Source of the DNA: an uncultured Acidobacteriaceae bacterium
Lineage (GTDB): Bacteria; Acidobacteriota; Terriglobia; Terriglobales; Acidobacteriaceae
Length of the DNA stretch: 64,000 bases
Assembly: GCA_963737435.1 (NCBI GenBank)
Contig: CAVTSI010000004.1
Location: forward strand, 40,975 to 104,974
Reading direction: 5' to 3'
In this document: piece by piece, positions 17,850 to 28,350 of the stretch
Position numbering within the stretch: the stretch's first letter is position 1
How the letters are laid out: the number at the start of each line of letters is the position of its first letter
Program-made: the position numbers and the translations under genes
Notes under the pieces: generated by a model
What the model was told of the DNA's origin: nothing
The model's database searches: none
What the model saw: the letters and a program-made list of their open reading frames with translations, nothing else

Positions 17850-20800
17850 TCAGTGATGCATATTATTGCCTGCTTCCTGATGCTGCTTCTGCCAGTCCGC
17901 TTCGCTGATGGCTTGAATGGGCCTCAGTTGCTTCTGTTCCAGCGCGCTGTTGAGGGAGGGCAGTTGGCCCACGAGCTGGTCCTGGACCTTCTTGATCACG
18001 TCCTCCAGTTCGCGGCCCAATACTTCCGTGCGCTCAACCTGCGCAGCGGTCGGAGGCCCGTAGTAGCCATTCACGTCGCCATAAACCTCCGTCAGGAATT
18101 CGCGCAGCCGTTCCTCGCCGGTGATGGCGCCGCCTTCCTTGGTGGCCACAATCTCCGAACGGATCTTGTCCGCCGAAGCGGCAAGCTCGGTGAGACGCTT
18201 GCGCAAGGGATCGTTTGCCGGCAGCTTGCCGGCCCGTTGGCTGGCGGCGTCGCGAATTGCGATGATCGAATCGACCGCCCAGCTCATGTGAGTCCAGCAT
18301 GTTGTAGAGCTTCATGGTCAGATCAAATTGGGCCTGGCGCTCCGCCATCGTGTACTTGGTGCGCGGATCTTCGACGACCTTGAGCTCGGTGGTGTACACC
18401 TCATCGCCCTTGGTCATTTTCACGGTGTAGGTGCCGGGCAGAACAAGCGGGCCTTCGACGGCGCCAAATGCCGCGCTCGCCGCCGGCGGAATGGTCGGGA
18501 GATTTCAGCCGCATCGACCAGGTGGCGCGGTTCAGACCGCGATGCTTGCTGCCGCTGATCGTATCGAGCAGCTTGCCCTGCTGATCGAAAACTTCGATCT
18601 TCATGTCGCCGTAAATGTGGCGGCTTCGCTGGTAGTAAGTGATGAGCGCGTCGGTCGGACGGCTGGGACCGATGAAGGTCTCGTCGCCCTCCGGCCACGA
18701 AGCATTGGCGTCGATGTATTGCACAGCCGGCCTGCTGGTGATGAAGGCCGCAGTTTTCGGCATCAGGTCGGGAGTCAAAGCACGCAACGGCGAAATGTCG
18801 TCGATGATCCAGATGCCGCGGCCGTGGGTCGCCAGCACCAGATCGGACTCGCGCGGCTGCACCACAATGTCGCGCACCGCAACCGCCGGGAAGTCGCTGC
18901 CTTTGTACTGCGCCCACTTGTTGCCGCCATCGACCGAGATCCACAGGCCGAATTCGGTGCCCAGAAACAGGACGTTCGGGCTGACCGTGTCTTCCGTGAT
19001 GACGTGAGCGTAGCCGCGCACGCCGTTGTCCTGCACCGGCAAAGACGTCCAGGTCTTGCCGTAGTCGGTGGTCTTGTAAACGTACGGCTGCATGTCGCCG
19101 AAGGTGTGACGATCGAAGGTCACGTAGGCGGTGCCCTCGTCGAAGCGGCTGGCCGCGACCGTGGATACCCATGAGAATTTCGCCACGCCGACATTGCCAA
19201 CCACGTTCGTCCAGGTCTTTCCGCCATCGCGCGTGATCTGCAAGTTTCCGTCGTCGGTGCCAACCCAGATGATCTGCCCATTCTTGGGCGACTCGCTGAT
19301 GGAGTAGATCGTGGTGTGCATTTCGGCGGCCGAGTTATCCACGGTGACGCCGCCGGACTCTTCCTGCTTCTGCTTCTCGGGATCGTTGGTGGTCAGGTCG
19401 GGAGAGATGCGCTCCCAGGACTGTCCGTGATCGCGCGAACGGAACAGGAACTGCGCGCCCATGTAGATCGTGCCCTTTTCGTTGGGACTCATGGCGATGG
19501 GCGTGTTCCAGTTGAAGCGCAGTTTCTTCTCGCCATATTCGGGATAGGGCGTGATCGACGCGGGTTTCATGAGAATAGCGATTCACCCGGCCGATGGCGC
19601 CGCCCTGCAATTCCGCATAGATGTAAGCCGGGTCGGCGGGGTCCTCAAACATCCAGAAGCCGTCACCGTTGTACATGTTTTCCCAGCGTGAGTTGCTGAC
19701 GCCACCGGGATAGGACGAATCGCCCACCCACGCGCTGTTGTCCTGCAAGCCGCCATAGACGTGATACGGGTCCGCATTGTCCACGCTGACGTGATAGAAC
19801 TGCGAGACCGGCAGATTCATCTGGTGCTTCCATCGCGTGCCGCCGTCCTCACTGCGCCACAGGCCGCCGTCGTCGCCGGCATACACGATGTTGGGATTCA
19901 CAGGATCGATCCAAACCGCGTGAAAGTCGCCGTGCGCTGCGTTGGAGACCGGGCTGAAGCTGCGGCCGCCATTCACGCTGAGCAACAGCATGAGATCGGG
20001 CTTGAAAATCTTGTTCTCATCCTTGGGATCGACGATGAGGTTGGCAAAGTAAAACGGGCGCCACACCATGAACTGGCTGGCATCCATCTTGGCCCACGTC
20101 TTGCCGCCGTCGTCGGAACGGAAGAGTGCGCTGTTCGCCGATTCGATCATGGCATAGACGACCTGCGGCTTGGATGGCGCCACCGCCAGCGCGATGCGGC
20201 CGTAAGGCTTGGCGGGAAGGCCCTTGCTATTGGCGTCGGTGAGTTCCGTCCAGTGCTCGCCGCCGTCGGTGGACTTGTAGAGGCCGCTGCCCGGGCCGCC
20301 GGAGCGGAAGGTCCAACCCTGGCGGCGAAAATCCCACATCGAGGCGAAGATCGTATTCGGTTCCAGCGGGCTCATGGACAACATGCCGCAGCCGGTCGAA
20401 GCGTTGCTGCCCGCCAATACTTTGCGCCACGTCTTTCCGCCATCGCTGGTCTTGTAAACGCCGCGCTCGGTATTGTCATTCCAGAGATGGCCGGTGGCGC
20501 ACGCGTAAACGGTGTTGGAATCCTTCGGGTCCACCAGGATGCGGGCGATGTGCTCGGAATCTTTCAGCCCGACATTGGTCCAGTTCTCGCCGCCGTCGGT
20601 GGATTTGTAAATGCCGTCGCCCACCGAGACGCTGTTGCGGGTCCAAGCCTCACCGGTGCCCACCCACACGATCTTCGGATTGGAGGGGTCGATGGTGACG
20701 GCCCCAATCGACTGCACGTCAGGCTTGTCGAACACCGACTTGAAGGTGGTGCCGCCGTTGATCGACTTCCACACGCCGCCGCTGGCCGCGGCAGCGAAGA

Positions 20801-21023
20801 CCGTCAGCCGGCCTTGGTCGTGGATCGCGTCCACAGCGGCGATGCGCCCACTCATCCTGGCGGAGCCAATATTGCGGGCAGACAAGCCGGAGATGGTGGA
20901 GGAATCGAACTTGACCGGCGTTTGTGCCACCGCCGTGATCGCGCACAACGACAAAAATGCGCACGCCAAAGACAGAACTCGTACGGTTTTGTTAACCCAG
21001 GAAGCAGCAATCATTTCGCTCAA
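17850..21023 (-). pseudogene. secreted BNR/Asp-box repeat (sortilin/VPS10-like) protein, split by about 3 frame breaks
   Basis: Signal peptide plus at least 10 SxDxGxTW-type boxes (STDGGENWT, TSDGGKTWR, STDGGEHWT, SDDGGKTWA, SEDGGTRWK, SRDHGQSWE, TRDGGKTWT, TTDYGKTWT, SVDGGNKWA). Four consecutive ORFs (19335-21023, 18401-19570, 18034-18423, 17850-18287) join colinearly, with shifts near 19575, 18490 and 18290. Confidence 0.8.
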
Positions 21024-21080
21024 ATCCTCTTATTCGAAGATCGTGTAGCCCAATCAGGCAGGTGATATCTACCGGTATCG

Positions 21081-21825
21081 TTATTTCTTCGCGGCCGGCA
21101 TCTTGAACTGCGCATCGTCGATGGGAACGTTGACTTCAATTTTTTCGACGGTGATAACTACGTGCTGGCTGGGATCGTTCTTCGCGCCCACTTCAATGGA
21201 GTAAGGATAGTAAACGCCCGCCACCTGTTTGTACGATCCCAGGAGCTCCTCGCTTTCACGCACCGAACCGCGGATGAACTGCTGTTTTTCCCGCTTGATT
21301 TCCAGGTAGGTGTCGGGATCGAGGTAGTAATAAACGATGTCCCCGTTTTTCAGAGTGACCTTGAGTTCGTAAACGTCATCGCCATCGACCGTGTCGTGGC
21401 CGAGATACTCAACTTTGTTGCCCTTGGCCTGGTAATCGACCAGCGGTCCATCGATGTCGGACTCTTCCATCAGGTCGCGGGTATCGTCTTCGCCCATCAA
21501 CTCCGGGTCCTTGCGGCCGCTCGAAGGGTTGAATCTGCCAGCCAGTCGAGGCATCGTAGGCCTGGACCTGGGTCATGCCTTGGATGGTGACGCCTTGGCG
21601 CAGCAAATTGCCGCGCTTTTTCTCCACCTCGATTGCGGCGCTGATTTTGGCGTAAGGGTTGTCGATGTAAATCTTGCCGGTCATGCGTATGGTATTCACC
21701 GCCTTGATTTTTTCCAGGCCGCCATGGGCTTGAATATTCTTGGCGACCAGTTCCTCGGCGGTCTGGGCGGAAGCCAGGGCGGTGAGACATAGAATTCCGA
21801 GCGCCACCTTCAGGGCTACGCGCAT
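21081..21825 (-). pseudogene. outer-membrane lipoprotein-sorting (LolA-fold) family protein, one frame break near 21520
   Basis: Signal peptide MRVALKVALGILCLTALASAQT, then AEELVAKNIQAHGGLEKIKAVNTIRMTGK...QAYDASTGWQIQPF. The sequence continues in another frame as ...GRKDPELMGEDDTRDL...YYLDPDTYLEIK. Confidence 0.65.
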
Positions 21826-22167
21826 GTAGTTCGCTCCTCTTTTAACGCAACTAAACTGCTGACTCTCGCGGGGCCGGTATGCTCATTCGACGTGCCGCAG
21901 GGGGTTTCGTGAGTTCCGGCATGGACCGGCCGGTTCCAGTTGCAGCGCCGATACGGCACTCCATTGTAATGCAATTGGCTGGCGGTGAACTTTAGTCGCG
22001 GCAGAAGATGACAGGCTACCAGACCACACAGCGCTCAGCGGCCGGGCGCACCATGGCAGAATCCGGCTGCAGGAAAATGCAGGTTCCTCGCTAAGTTCGA
22101 TAATGACAATCACGCGAAGTTTGCCACCGGATGGGGTTCACTCTGCGCATGAGCCGCTGCGTTTCCG

Positions 22168-22755
22168 TCATGGTCGCTTCTCCGCGAACTGTCCCCACGC
22201 GATGAACTGCTGATCGGGCGTGAAGCGGTCAATGAGTTCTGGTCGCAAGCGATGGTGCTCGGCGGGCTCGAGAAGATTGCACCTTCCGGGCTGGCACCTT
22301 CGCACGGCTGCCGGTTGGCAGTCTGCTCTGAACGAGGCCAGGGACTGCATCCGCTGCCCTACCGCCGCCTGGATGAAGCACACCTCCCGGCTGAGCATGT
22401 CCGTGGCTTGCTGGCAGAGTACGGGTTGTTCCCGCATCAGACGAAGGAATTCCTGGCGTGCTACGCGTAGAACTACAGAGTTGGTGACCGCGATGGCCGT
22501 AAGGCTGTATGGACTTCCGGCGAAGGTTGCTGGCAAGCCCAGCAGCGACCCCGCCGGAAATACTCGATCCAATCGAGGCAAGCCCTCGACCCGAAGACAT
22601 ACTTTTCCCTTGCGCACCAGAAATACGCCGAGGTTTTCATCGCTGGTCTTGAACAGGACATCTCCGGCTGGAATTTGTTGCGCTTGACCGAGCGCTTCCA
22701 GGGAACTCTTCAAGTTCCGGCGACGCATTGAGGATGTTAGAACCGTTACCCACAT
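22168..22755 (-). CDS. cyclic-nucleotide-binding domain protein
   Basis: cNMP-binding beta-roll pattern (IPAGDVLFKTSDENLGVFLVRKGKVCL...FPAGSLLGLPATFAGSPYSLTAIAVTNSVVLRVARQEF). No recognisable HTH follows. Confidence 0.65.
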   Translation of the reverse strand: MWVTVLTSSMRRRNLKSSLEALGQAQQIPAGDVLFKTSDENLGVFLVRKGKVCLRVEGLPRLDRVFPAGSLLGLPATFAGSPYSLTAIAVTNSVVLRVARQEFLRLMREQPVLCQQATDMLSREVCFIQAAVGQRMQSLASFRADCQPAAVRRCQPGRCNLLEPAEHHRLRPELIDRFTPDQQFIAWGQFAEKRP

Positions 22756-22963
22756 TCTTCATTGTGTTCTTATGCCAGAGTGCGGGCAGCAGACGCGGTG
22801 ATTAGCATCACACATCGCTGTGAAGTAGAACCGGTGGTTCGCGGTCGCGAGACCACCCGTGCGGGCAAAAAACACAGCCTGCGGATCTTTTCCCCCGCCA
22901 AATACAGGCAGTTGAGGCGGGCGGTTGGCTGGGCGCCGATGCGAAAAAGCTTCCAATTCCGAC

Positions 22964-23037
22964 AAAAAAAGGTCGCGCCGTTAGGCATCGGGCGGAACAG
23001 GGGGTCTGGTTCGCCCGACAACGAAGACGGCGCGACC
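22964..23037 (-). terminator. long compound hairpin followed by U7 (minus strand)
   Basis: Outer 11-bp stem GGTCGCGCCGT/ACGGCGCGACC (22971-22981 and 23027-23037) and inner 7-bp stem TCGGGCG/CGCCCGA. A7 at 22964-22970 gives U7 on the minus-strand RNA. Confidence 0.5.
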
Positions 23038-23257
23038 ATCGAGTGAGTACAACGCCCTTATCGTAGTTCCCGGGCGCGCAAAATGCAGCGACCAAGGTCA
23101 CGCTTCAACGTGCGCTATTAGCCAAGCCAGTGTGTTCTGCGTCGCCCGGCGATGTGCGATCGCAACTCCGCGGCAAGGGAGCTTGCACCGCGATCAGGCG
23201 CGGCCCAGATGCGGTTATGCAGTGCCACCTGCAACGCCCCTTGTTTGTTGGAGCAGC
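22964..23257 (-). ncRNA. candidate structured non-coding transcript of about 290 nt, class unknown
   Basis: The interval lies between two minus-strand terminators and has no convincing ORF. It holds several GC-rich hairpins and a duplicated AAGGG(G)CGTTG motif. I saw no match to RNase P, tmRNA, SRP or 6S hallmarks. Confidence 0.25.
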
Positions 23258-23283
23258 AAAAAAGCCGCGGTGCACACCGCGGC
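23258..23283 (-). terminator. rho-independent terminator of the Lys/Ala-rich protein gene
   Basis: Perfect palindrome GCCGCGGTGCACACCGCGGC followed on the minus strand by TTTTTT. It lies 20 nt after the stop at 23304. Confidence 0.7.
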
Positions 23284-23303
23284 CCTAGTGTTGGCGAGTT
23301 TCG

Positions 23304-23782
23304 CTAGCGGCGTTTGCGGCCCTTCTTGGCGGCTTTCTTCTTCGCTCCGCCCGAAGATTTCTTCGCGGCTTTCTTGGCGGACTTCTTTGCCGGTTTCTTC
23401 GCGGCTTTCTTGGCTGGCTTCTTCGCCGCCTTCTTGGCAGCTTTCTTCGCCGGCTTCTTGGCGGCTTTTTTCACCGCCTTTTTCGCTGCCTTCTTGGCGC
23501 CTTCTTCACCGCCTTTTTCGCTTTGGTGCTTTCTTGGCGGCCTTCTTGGGAGCGCTCTTGCGCGGCTGAGCCGGGGCTGGCGCACGTGATTCCGTGGTGA
23601 CTTCCGGCTCCGCTTCCTCCACTTCAACTTCTTCCACTACTACGGAAACGGATTCCGGTCTCCTCTTCTTCTTCCTCTTCCTCTTCGTATTCCTCGTCTT
23701 CGAGGGAATCGCCGTAGGAGCCGTCTCCGTAATCATCCATTTCGTCGTCTCGACCGTAGAGCGTCTCATCGAAAAAAGTCAT
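23304..23782 (-). pseudogene. dipolar protein with an acidic N-domain and a histone-H1-like (KKAA)n C-domain; at least 2 frame breaks
   Basis: MTFFDETLYGRDDEMDDYGDGSYGDSLEDEEYEEEEEEEEE, then (frame change about 23640) ESVSVVVEEVEVEEAEPEV...APKKAAKKAPK, then (changes about 23510-23530) AKKAAKKAVKKAAKKPAKKAAKKAAKKPAKK...KKGRKRR. Confidence 0.6.
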
Positions 23783-24035
23783 GTGTCCTCCTGATTTTGC
23801 TCGGCTCCGCAGAACTAAACGGAGGCAGCTCGTAAGGCTTAATTCAGATTTATACCAGAAAAAATACTGCCGCAATAAGCGCGCGATTATAGCACAGCAG
23901 GACCCTCGATCCGGTCATGATCGCGCCGCCCCAAAAAATCGTAACGGGCTTGTTGTAACAGAACATCCGCGCGAAGGGAAGAGAGCAAATGGAAAATGAT
24001 GACGAATCGCACAGGAGCAACACGACGGCCACTGC

Positions 24036-25952
24036 CTACTTGCGAATGACCAGCACCTCGCCGGCGCGCAGAGTGGCGGCCAGCTTGGGGTTGTCGCGCT
24101 TCAGAGCGGCCACCGAGGTGTGATTGGATTCGGCGATGCTGCTCAGGGTCTCGCCTTTCTTAACCTTGTGGTACTTGGCAGCCGCAGGGCTCGACGGCGT
24201 GGATGCGGACTTGTTTCTTTGTCTTGGCGGTTTTGACCGGAGCGCTACCGCTATCCGATGACGCCTCTTCGGAACTGCCGCCCGCCAGCGGCTTGTAGAT
24301 GACCAGTATCCGTCCCGGAGCCACCGCCGTTCCCCGTAGATGGTTCCATTTCCGTAACTTATCGACCGGAACCTCGAAATCGTCGGCGATGGAATACAGG
24401 GTGTCTCCCTTTCGCACTTTGTAATGCGTAGCGTGGCGCGAATAGGACGCAGTTTCGGTGTTCGAGCGGCCCGGAGCAACCGGAATGATGAGTTTCGAGC
24501 CTACCTTGACCTCGTCGCCAGTTAAGCCGTTGGCTTCCGCGATCGACGAGGACGAGGTGTGATATTTGTGGGCGATCGACGCCAGGGTATCCCCATATTC
24601 CACATGGTGATAGCGCCACCACGTCCGCATGTCAGGCGGTATCGCGGTCATGGCGTCTTCGTATTTCTCGCGCGATCCGGCGGGAAGATTGAGGGCGAAG
24701 CTCTGGTCCTTGGGAGTGGTCATCCGCAGCAGGCTGGGGTTCAACTCCTGGAGGTAGTTCACCGACGTATCCACGCACTCGGCTACCAGGCGCAAGTCCA
24801 CGGGATAGTCGATGGTCACCTGGTCCATCTGCGGCGCCGGGTCAGGCGCGACGCGCTGCAGCCCATACTGCTCCGGATTCTTGGCCATGATGGTCTCGGC
24901 CAGGATGATGGGCACGTAGTTACGGGTCTCCTTGGGCAGCACGCCCCGCCGGTAGAGCTCCCAGAAATCGGCATAGCCTGTGCGTTCCACCGCGTGCTGC
25001 ACGGTGCTGGCGCCGGAGTTGTAGGCCGCCATGGCCAGATACCAATCGCCAAACTGCTTGTAGAGGTCTTTCAAATGGCGGGCCGCGGCACGGGTCGCCT
25101 TTTCCGGATCCTGGCGGTCATCCACCCACCAGTTCCGTTCCAGGCCGTACAGCGCGCCCGAGCCAGCCATGAACTGCCACATGCCGCGCGCGCCCGCCCG
25201 CGAAAGCGCCAGCGGCTGAAATCCCGACTCCGCTTGCGCCAGGTAGATCAGGTCCTGGGGAACGCCCTCCTCCTTGAAAATCCGCGAGACCATGTCGCGG
25301 TAACGGCCTGAGCGGGCCCACGCGCGCTCCAGCGTAGCCCGCCCTCTGGGGCTGGAGAAGTAGTTGATAAACATCGCCACCTGGTCGTTGAGCACCAGCG
25401 GCAAGTCAGACTTGGTGGTCTTGATCTCGGCCTCGGCCGTTGGCCTTGATGTTGGGATCGACGGGAAAGGTGATGTCGTTGGCTTCGTCGATGGGCGCCG
25501 GTTCGGAGCGCGGTTCGGTGAAGCCGTCGCCCTGCTTCAGCGCCGCCATTTCAAGCTCGTGTACGGCCTCGACGATCTTGTCGAATTCGCGCTCCAGCCG
25601 TTCATCGTTGCGGATGTCGAGATTGCTGGACAGCAGGGTGTTGAACGCCTGATCGAAGTTCTGCTTGGCGGCCTCCAGATGGTCCGCCCGATAGTTGGCC
25701 TGTCCGGCTGCGTATTGCTTTTCCGCCTGCGCAATCAGCGCCTCGGCCGGATCGGGCTTCGGATTATTCACCTGGGGCTGGACTTTGGGCTTGAGGATCA
25801 GCCGGTGGGGCGACGGGACCGGCGATCTCGGGAGCTTTGGCTTGAGCAGGAAGGGAGGCGGCGGCCGGTTTGGGGTGATCGGTCTCGCATCCGGTGCCGA
25901 ACACCAGGCCTGCCAGGAGGGCCACCGAAACCATGCCGCGAAAATTTCTCAT
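24036..25952 (-). pseudogene. MltD-like lytic transglycosylase lipoprotein (SLT domain plus 3 LysM), about 3 frame breaks
   Basis: Lipobox LLAGLVFGTGC. SLT active-site region YLAQAESGFQPLALSRAGARGMWQFM...AYNSG. LysM units HHVEYGDTLASIAHKY, YKVRKGDTLYSIADDF and HKVKKGETLSSIAESN. Frame changes lie near 25790, 25440 and 24215. Confidence 0.8.
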
Positions 25953-26005
25953 TCCTTCGAAACAGCCCTCTCTCACACCGCCGTCGGCGGGTGAATGCGA
26001 TGTTA

Positions 26006-26530
26006 CTACGCGTTGAAATTCAGGGTCAACGGAAGCCGAAACTTGGATCGTGTCTTGTGCGGTTTGTATTTGAAGCCCAAGTCCGTCAGACTTCCCTGTC
26101 GAAGCCCGATCCCGGTTTGAGGCGCGTCCGCTTTCCAGCGATAGTACACCTGCCCATCGTTCATGCTGGTGGTGACCTCGCCTGCGCTCCGCCAGACGCT
26201 TCAAAATGGTGTGGATCGAAGCCAGCGGATTGGTGTAGGCACTCAAATTGAATCCAGCCTTTGCCAGCATCTCCCGGACGGCGATCGCAGTAGCGGCTTG
26301 TACGCTGATTTGCCTGCAGAACCTTGCGCACCGAATCGGTAAAGCCAGGAAGGGTCGGCCACCAACTGCTCCAACTGCAGAAGCTGGTCCGCCTTTTCCT
26401 CGTCGGGGAGAAAATTCGCATTGGCAATGATGAGCTCGGAGACCCGTTCGATCTCCAGGTTAAGTTTTTCGCGCTTCGCCACCAGTTTGCGCAGCCGTGA
26501 ACTGCCCAACAGGATGGCCAACACGGTATC
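26006..26530 (-). pseudogene. hypothetical protein remnant (coiled-coil N-part, winged-helix-like C-part), several frame changes
   Basis: The pieces KREKLNLEIERVSELIIANANFLPDEEKADQLLQLEQL, GFTDSVRKVLQANQ, ATAIAVREMLAKAGFNLSAYTNPLASIHTILKRLAER and GEVTTSMNDGQVYYRWK lie colinearly in three frames. The reconstruction is tentative. Confidence 0.3.
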
Positions 26531-26712
26531 GTTTGAATCGATCTCTCATAGCAATTTCCTAACTGAGAGAAATTTATCATGTCTAAACAAAATGTCAATA
26601 CAAAAGATAATCGGATTGTGGAAAATATTTGAGAGTGGCCGTTGCCAACGCTTACAAGAGGATTGTTGACTGAACGCGGGGGATGGCGATACTGAGGTGG
26701 CCGCGGTTTGGC

Positions 26713-27893
26713 TCAGGCGCGGGCCAATGCCTGATTCAAATCAGCGATCAAGTCGCCGGCGTCCTCGATTCCCACGGAAAGCCGGATGGTTGACGGCGAC
26801 ACCCCAAGCAAGCGCAGTCGCTTGGCGCCCAGTCCGACGTGCGACGACAGCACGGGATACGACACCGTGGATTCCACGCCTCCCAGGCTGGCCGCCAGAT
26901 ACCAGAGCTGCAAGCGGTCAATGAAGCGCTCGGCGGCGCGTTCGCCGCCGCGAATGTCGAACGACACCATCATCCCGAAGTCCTTCATCTGGCGGCGCGC
27001 CAACTGATGCGCCTCGTGACTTTCCAGGCCGGGATAGTACACGCGCGCGACTTTGGGATGGGCTTCGAGCGCCTCGGCAATTTGCGCGGCATTGCGGCAG
27101 GCGCGCTCCACTCGCACGTGCAGCGTCTTCAGCCCCCGCAGCAGCAGGTAGGCGCAGCCCGGATCGAGGCATCCGCCGGTGAGGATCATCGTCTGGCGCG
27201 CGGCCTCCATCCACTTCTTCGAACCGGCCAGCACACCGGCGGTGAGATCGCTGTGGCCGCCCAGATACTTGGTCGCCGAATGGATGACGATGTCGGCGCC
27301 CAACTCCAGCGGCTTTTGCAGCACCGGCGTGGCGAAGGTGTTGTCGGCCACCACGCAAGCCTTGTGCTTGCGGCCCACCTCGGCCAGCGCGGCCAGATCG
27401 ACGCAGCGCACCGTCGGATTGGTGGGCGTCTCCAGAAAGAGCATTCGCGTCTTGCGGCTGAAGTAGCGATAGCATTCCCGATGTCGTGATACGGGATGAA
27501 GCGCGTCTTGATGCCGCAGCGTGGCAGCACCTGCTCGAACAACTTCAGCGTTCCGCCATAGATGTCGAGCATGGAGACGATCTCGTCGCCGGCCTGGCAG
27601 GTTATCAGGGCCGCAACCAGTTCCGCCGCCATCCCGCTGGAGGTGGCGACTGCGGCTTCGGCTCCTTCCAGCGCGGCAATCTTCTCTTCGGCGGCCGCGA
27701 CCGTGGGGTTGCCGTAGCGCGAATAAAGATACAAGTCGCGATCGCCCTCGGCGTAGCGGCGCAGCGCTTTGACATCGGGAAGAACGAAGACCGCGGTTTG
27801 CGCGATGGGCGTGGTCAAGGGCGCCGCTTGGCCGTGCCGCTCTTCGCCGGAATGCACACAGCGCGTGGCGTCGGCGCTGGCTTTCCTGTTCAT
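26713..27893 (-). pseudogene. Cys/Met-metabolism PLP enzyme (cystathionine gamma-synthase/lyase family), one frame break near 27480
   Basis: The N-part MNRKASADATRCVHSGEE...PIAQTAVF...YSRYGNPT...ATSSGMAA continues in another frame as FLETPTNPT...VVADNTFATP...IVIHSATKYLGGHSD (PLP-Lys)...SLGGVESTVSYP. Confidence 0.85.
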
Positions 27894-28350
27894 CCGCAAT
27901 CCTTTCGAAAGTATTTCTCCAGCTCGGGAAATTCGATTGTAATTGAGACGCAAGGTGAGCAGATGGAATGGTTGCCGGTGATCCAACCGCAATCGGCAGC
28001 TGGTGCGAAGAACATTTCCTACAAGTTTTAGCGCTGTATCTAAGCGCCCACCGCAAAACATCGCAGTCGCATGATCCTTGGCGGGGCGCTTCCGGATACA
28101 GCGACTTGAAGGAAGCCGCCCCGGGGGAAGGCTATGTACTTTGAATGGGCGGAGCGGGTGCGGAGGTTTAAGCAGCCCGCCGTGACGGTATGATCTGCCG
28201 CTTTGAGGTCGTGTTGGAGCGGCGAAGCGTCGCACAGAGGCGTTCGGCATAGGCTGAAAAAAGAGGTAACAGAGCACTCTGGGCCCGATGAGACAAGAGA
28301 TCTCCGTGCGTGCCGGAGCAGGAGCAGAGGCCAACGATGTGGATAGAGGT

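Noticed and set aside
22760-23300. RNase P RNA, tmRNA, SRP RNA or 6S RNA in the ORF-free GC-rich gap
   Set aside because: No GGAAAGUCCGG or ACAGAA..CGGCUUA (RNase P) was found, no tRNA-like acceptor/T-arm or tag ORF (tmRNA), and no SRP domain IV motif. The interval is kept only as an unclassified candidate.
27894-28350. SAM riboswitch upstream of the Cys/Met PLP-enzyme gene
   Set aside because: Only a CCGGCAACC element and a GGUUG...CAACC hairpin resemble SAM-I/IV. The GAGGGA/AGAGA and GGUGC..AA.UCC elements and a closing P1 helix were not found. Part of this interval may belong to the IS91 end instead. It needs cmsearch (RF00162, RF00634, RF01725) to settle.
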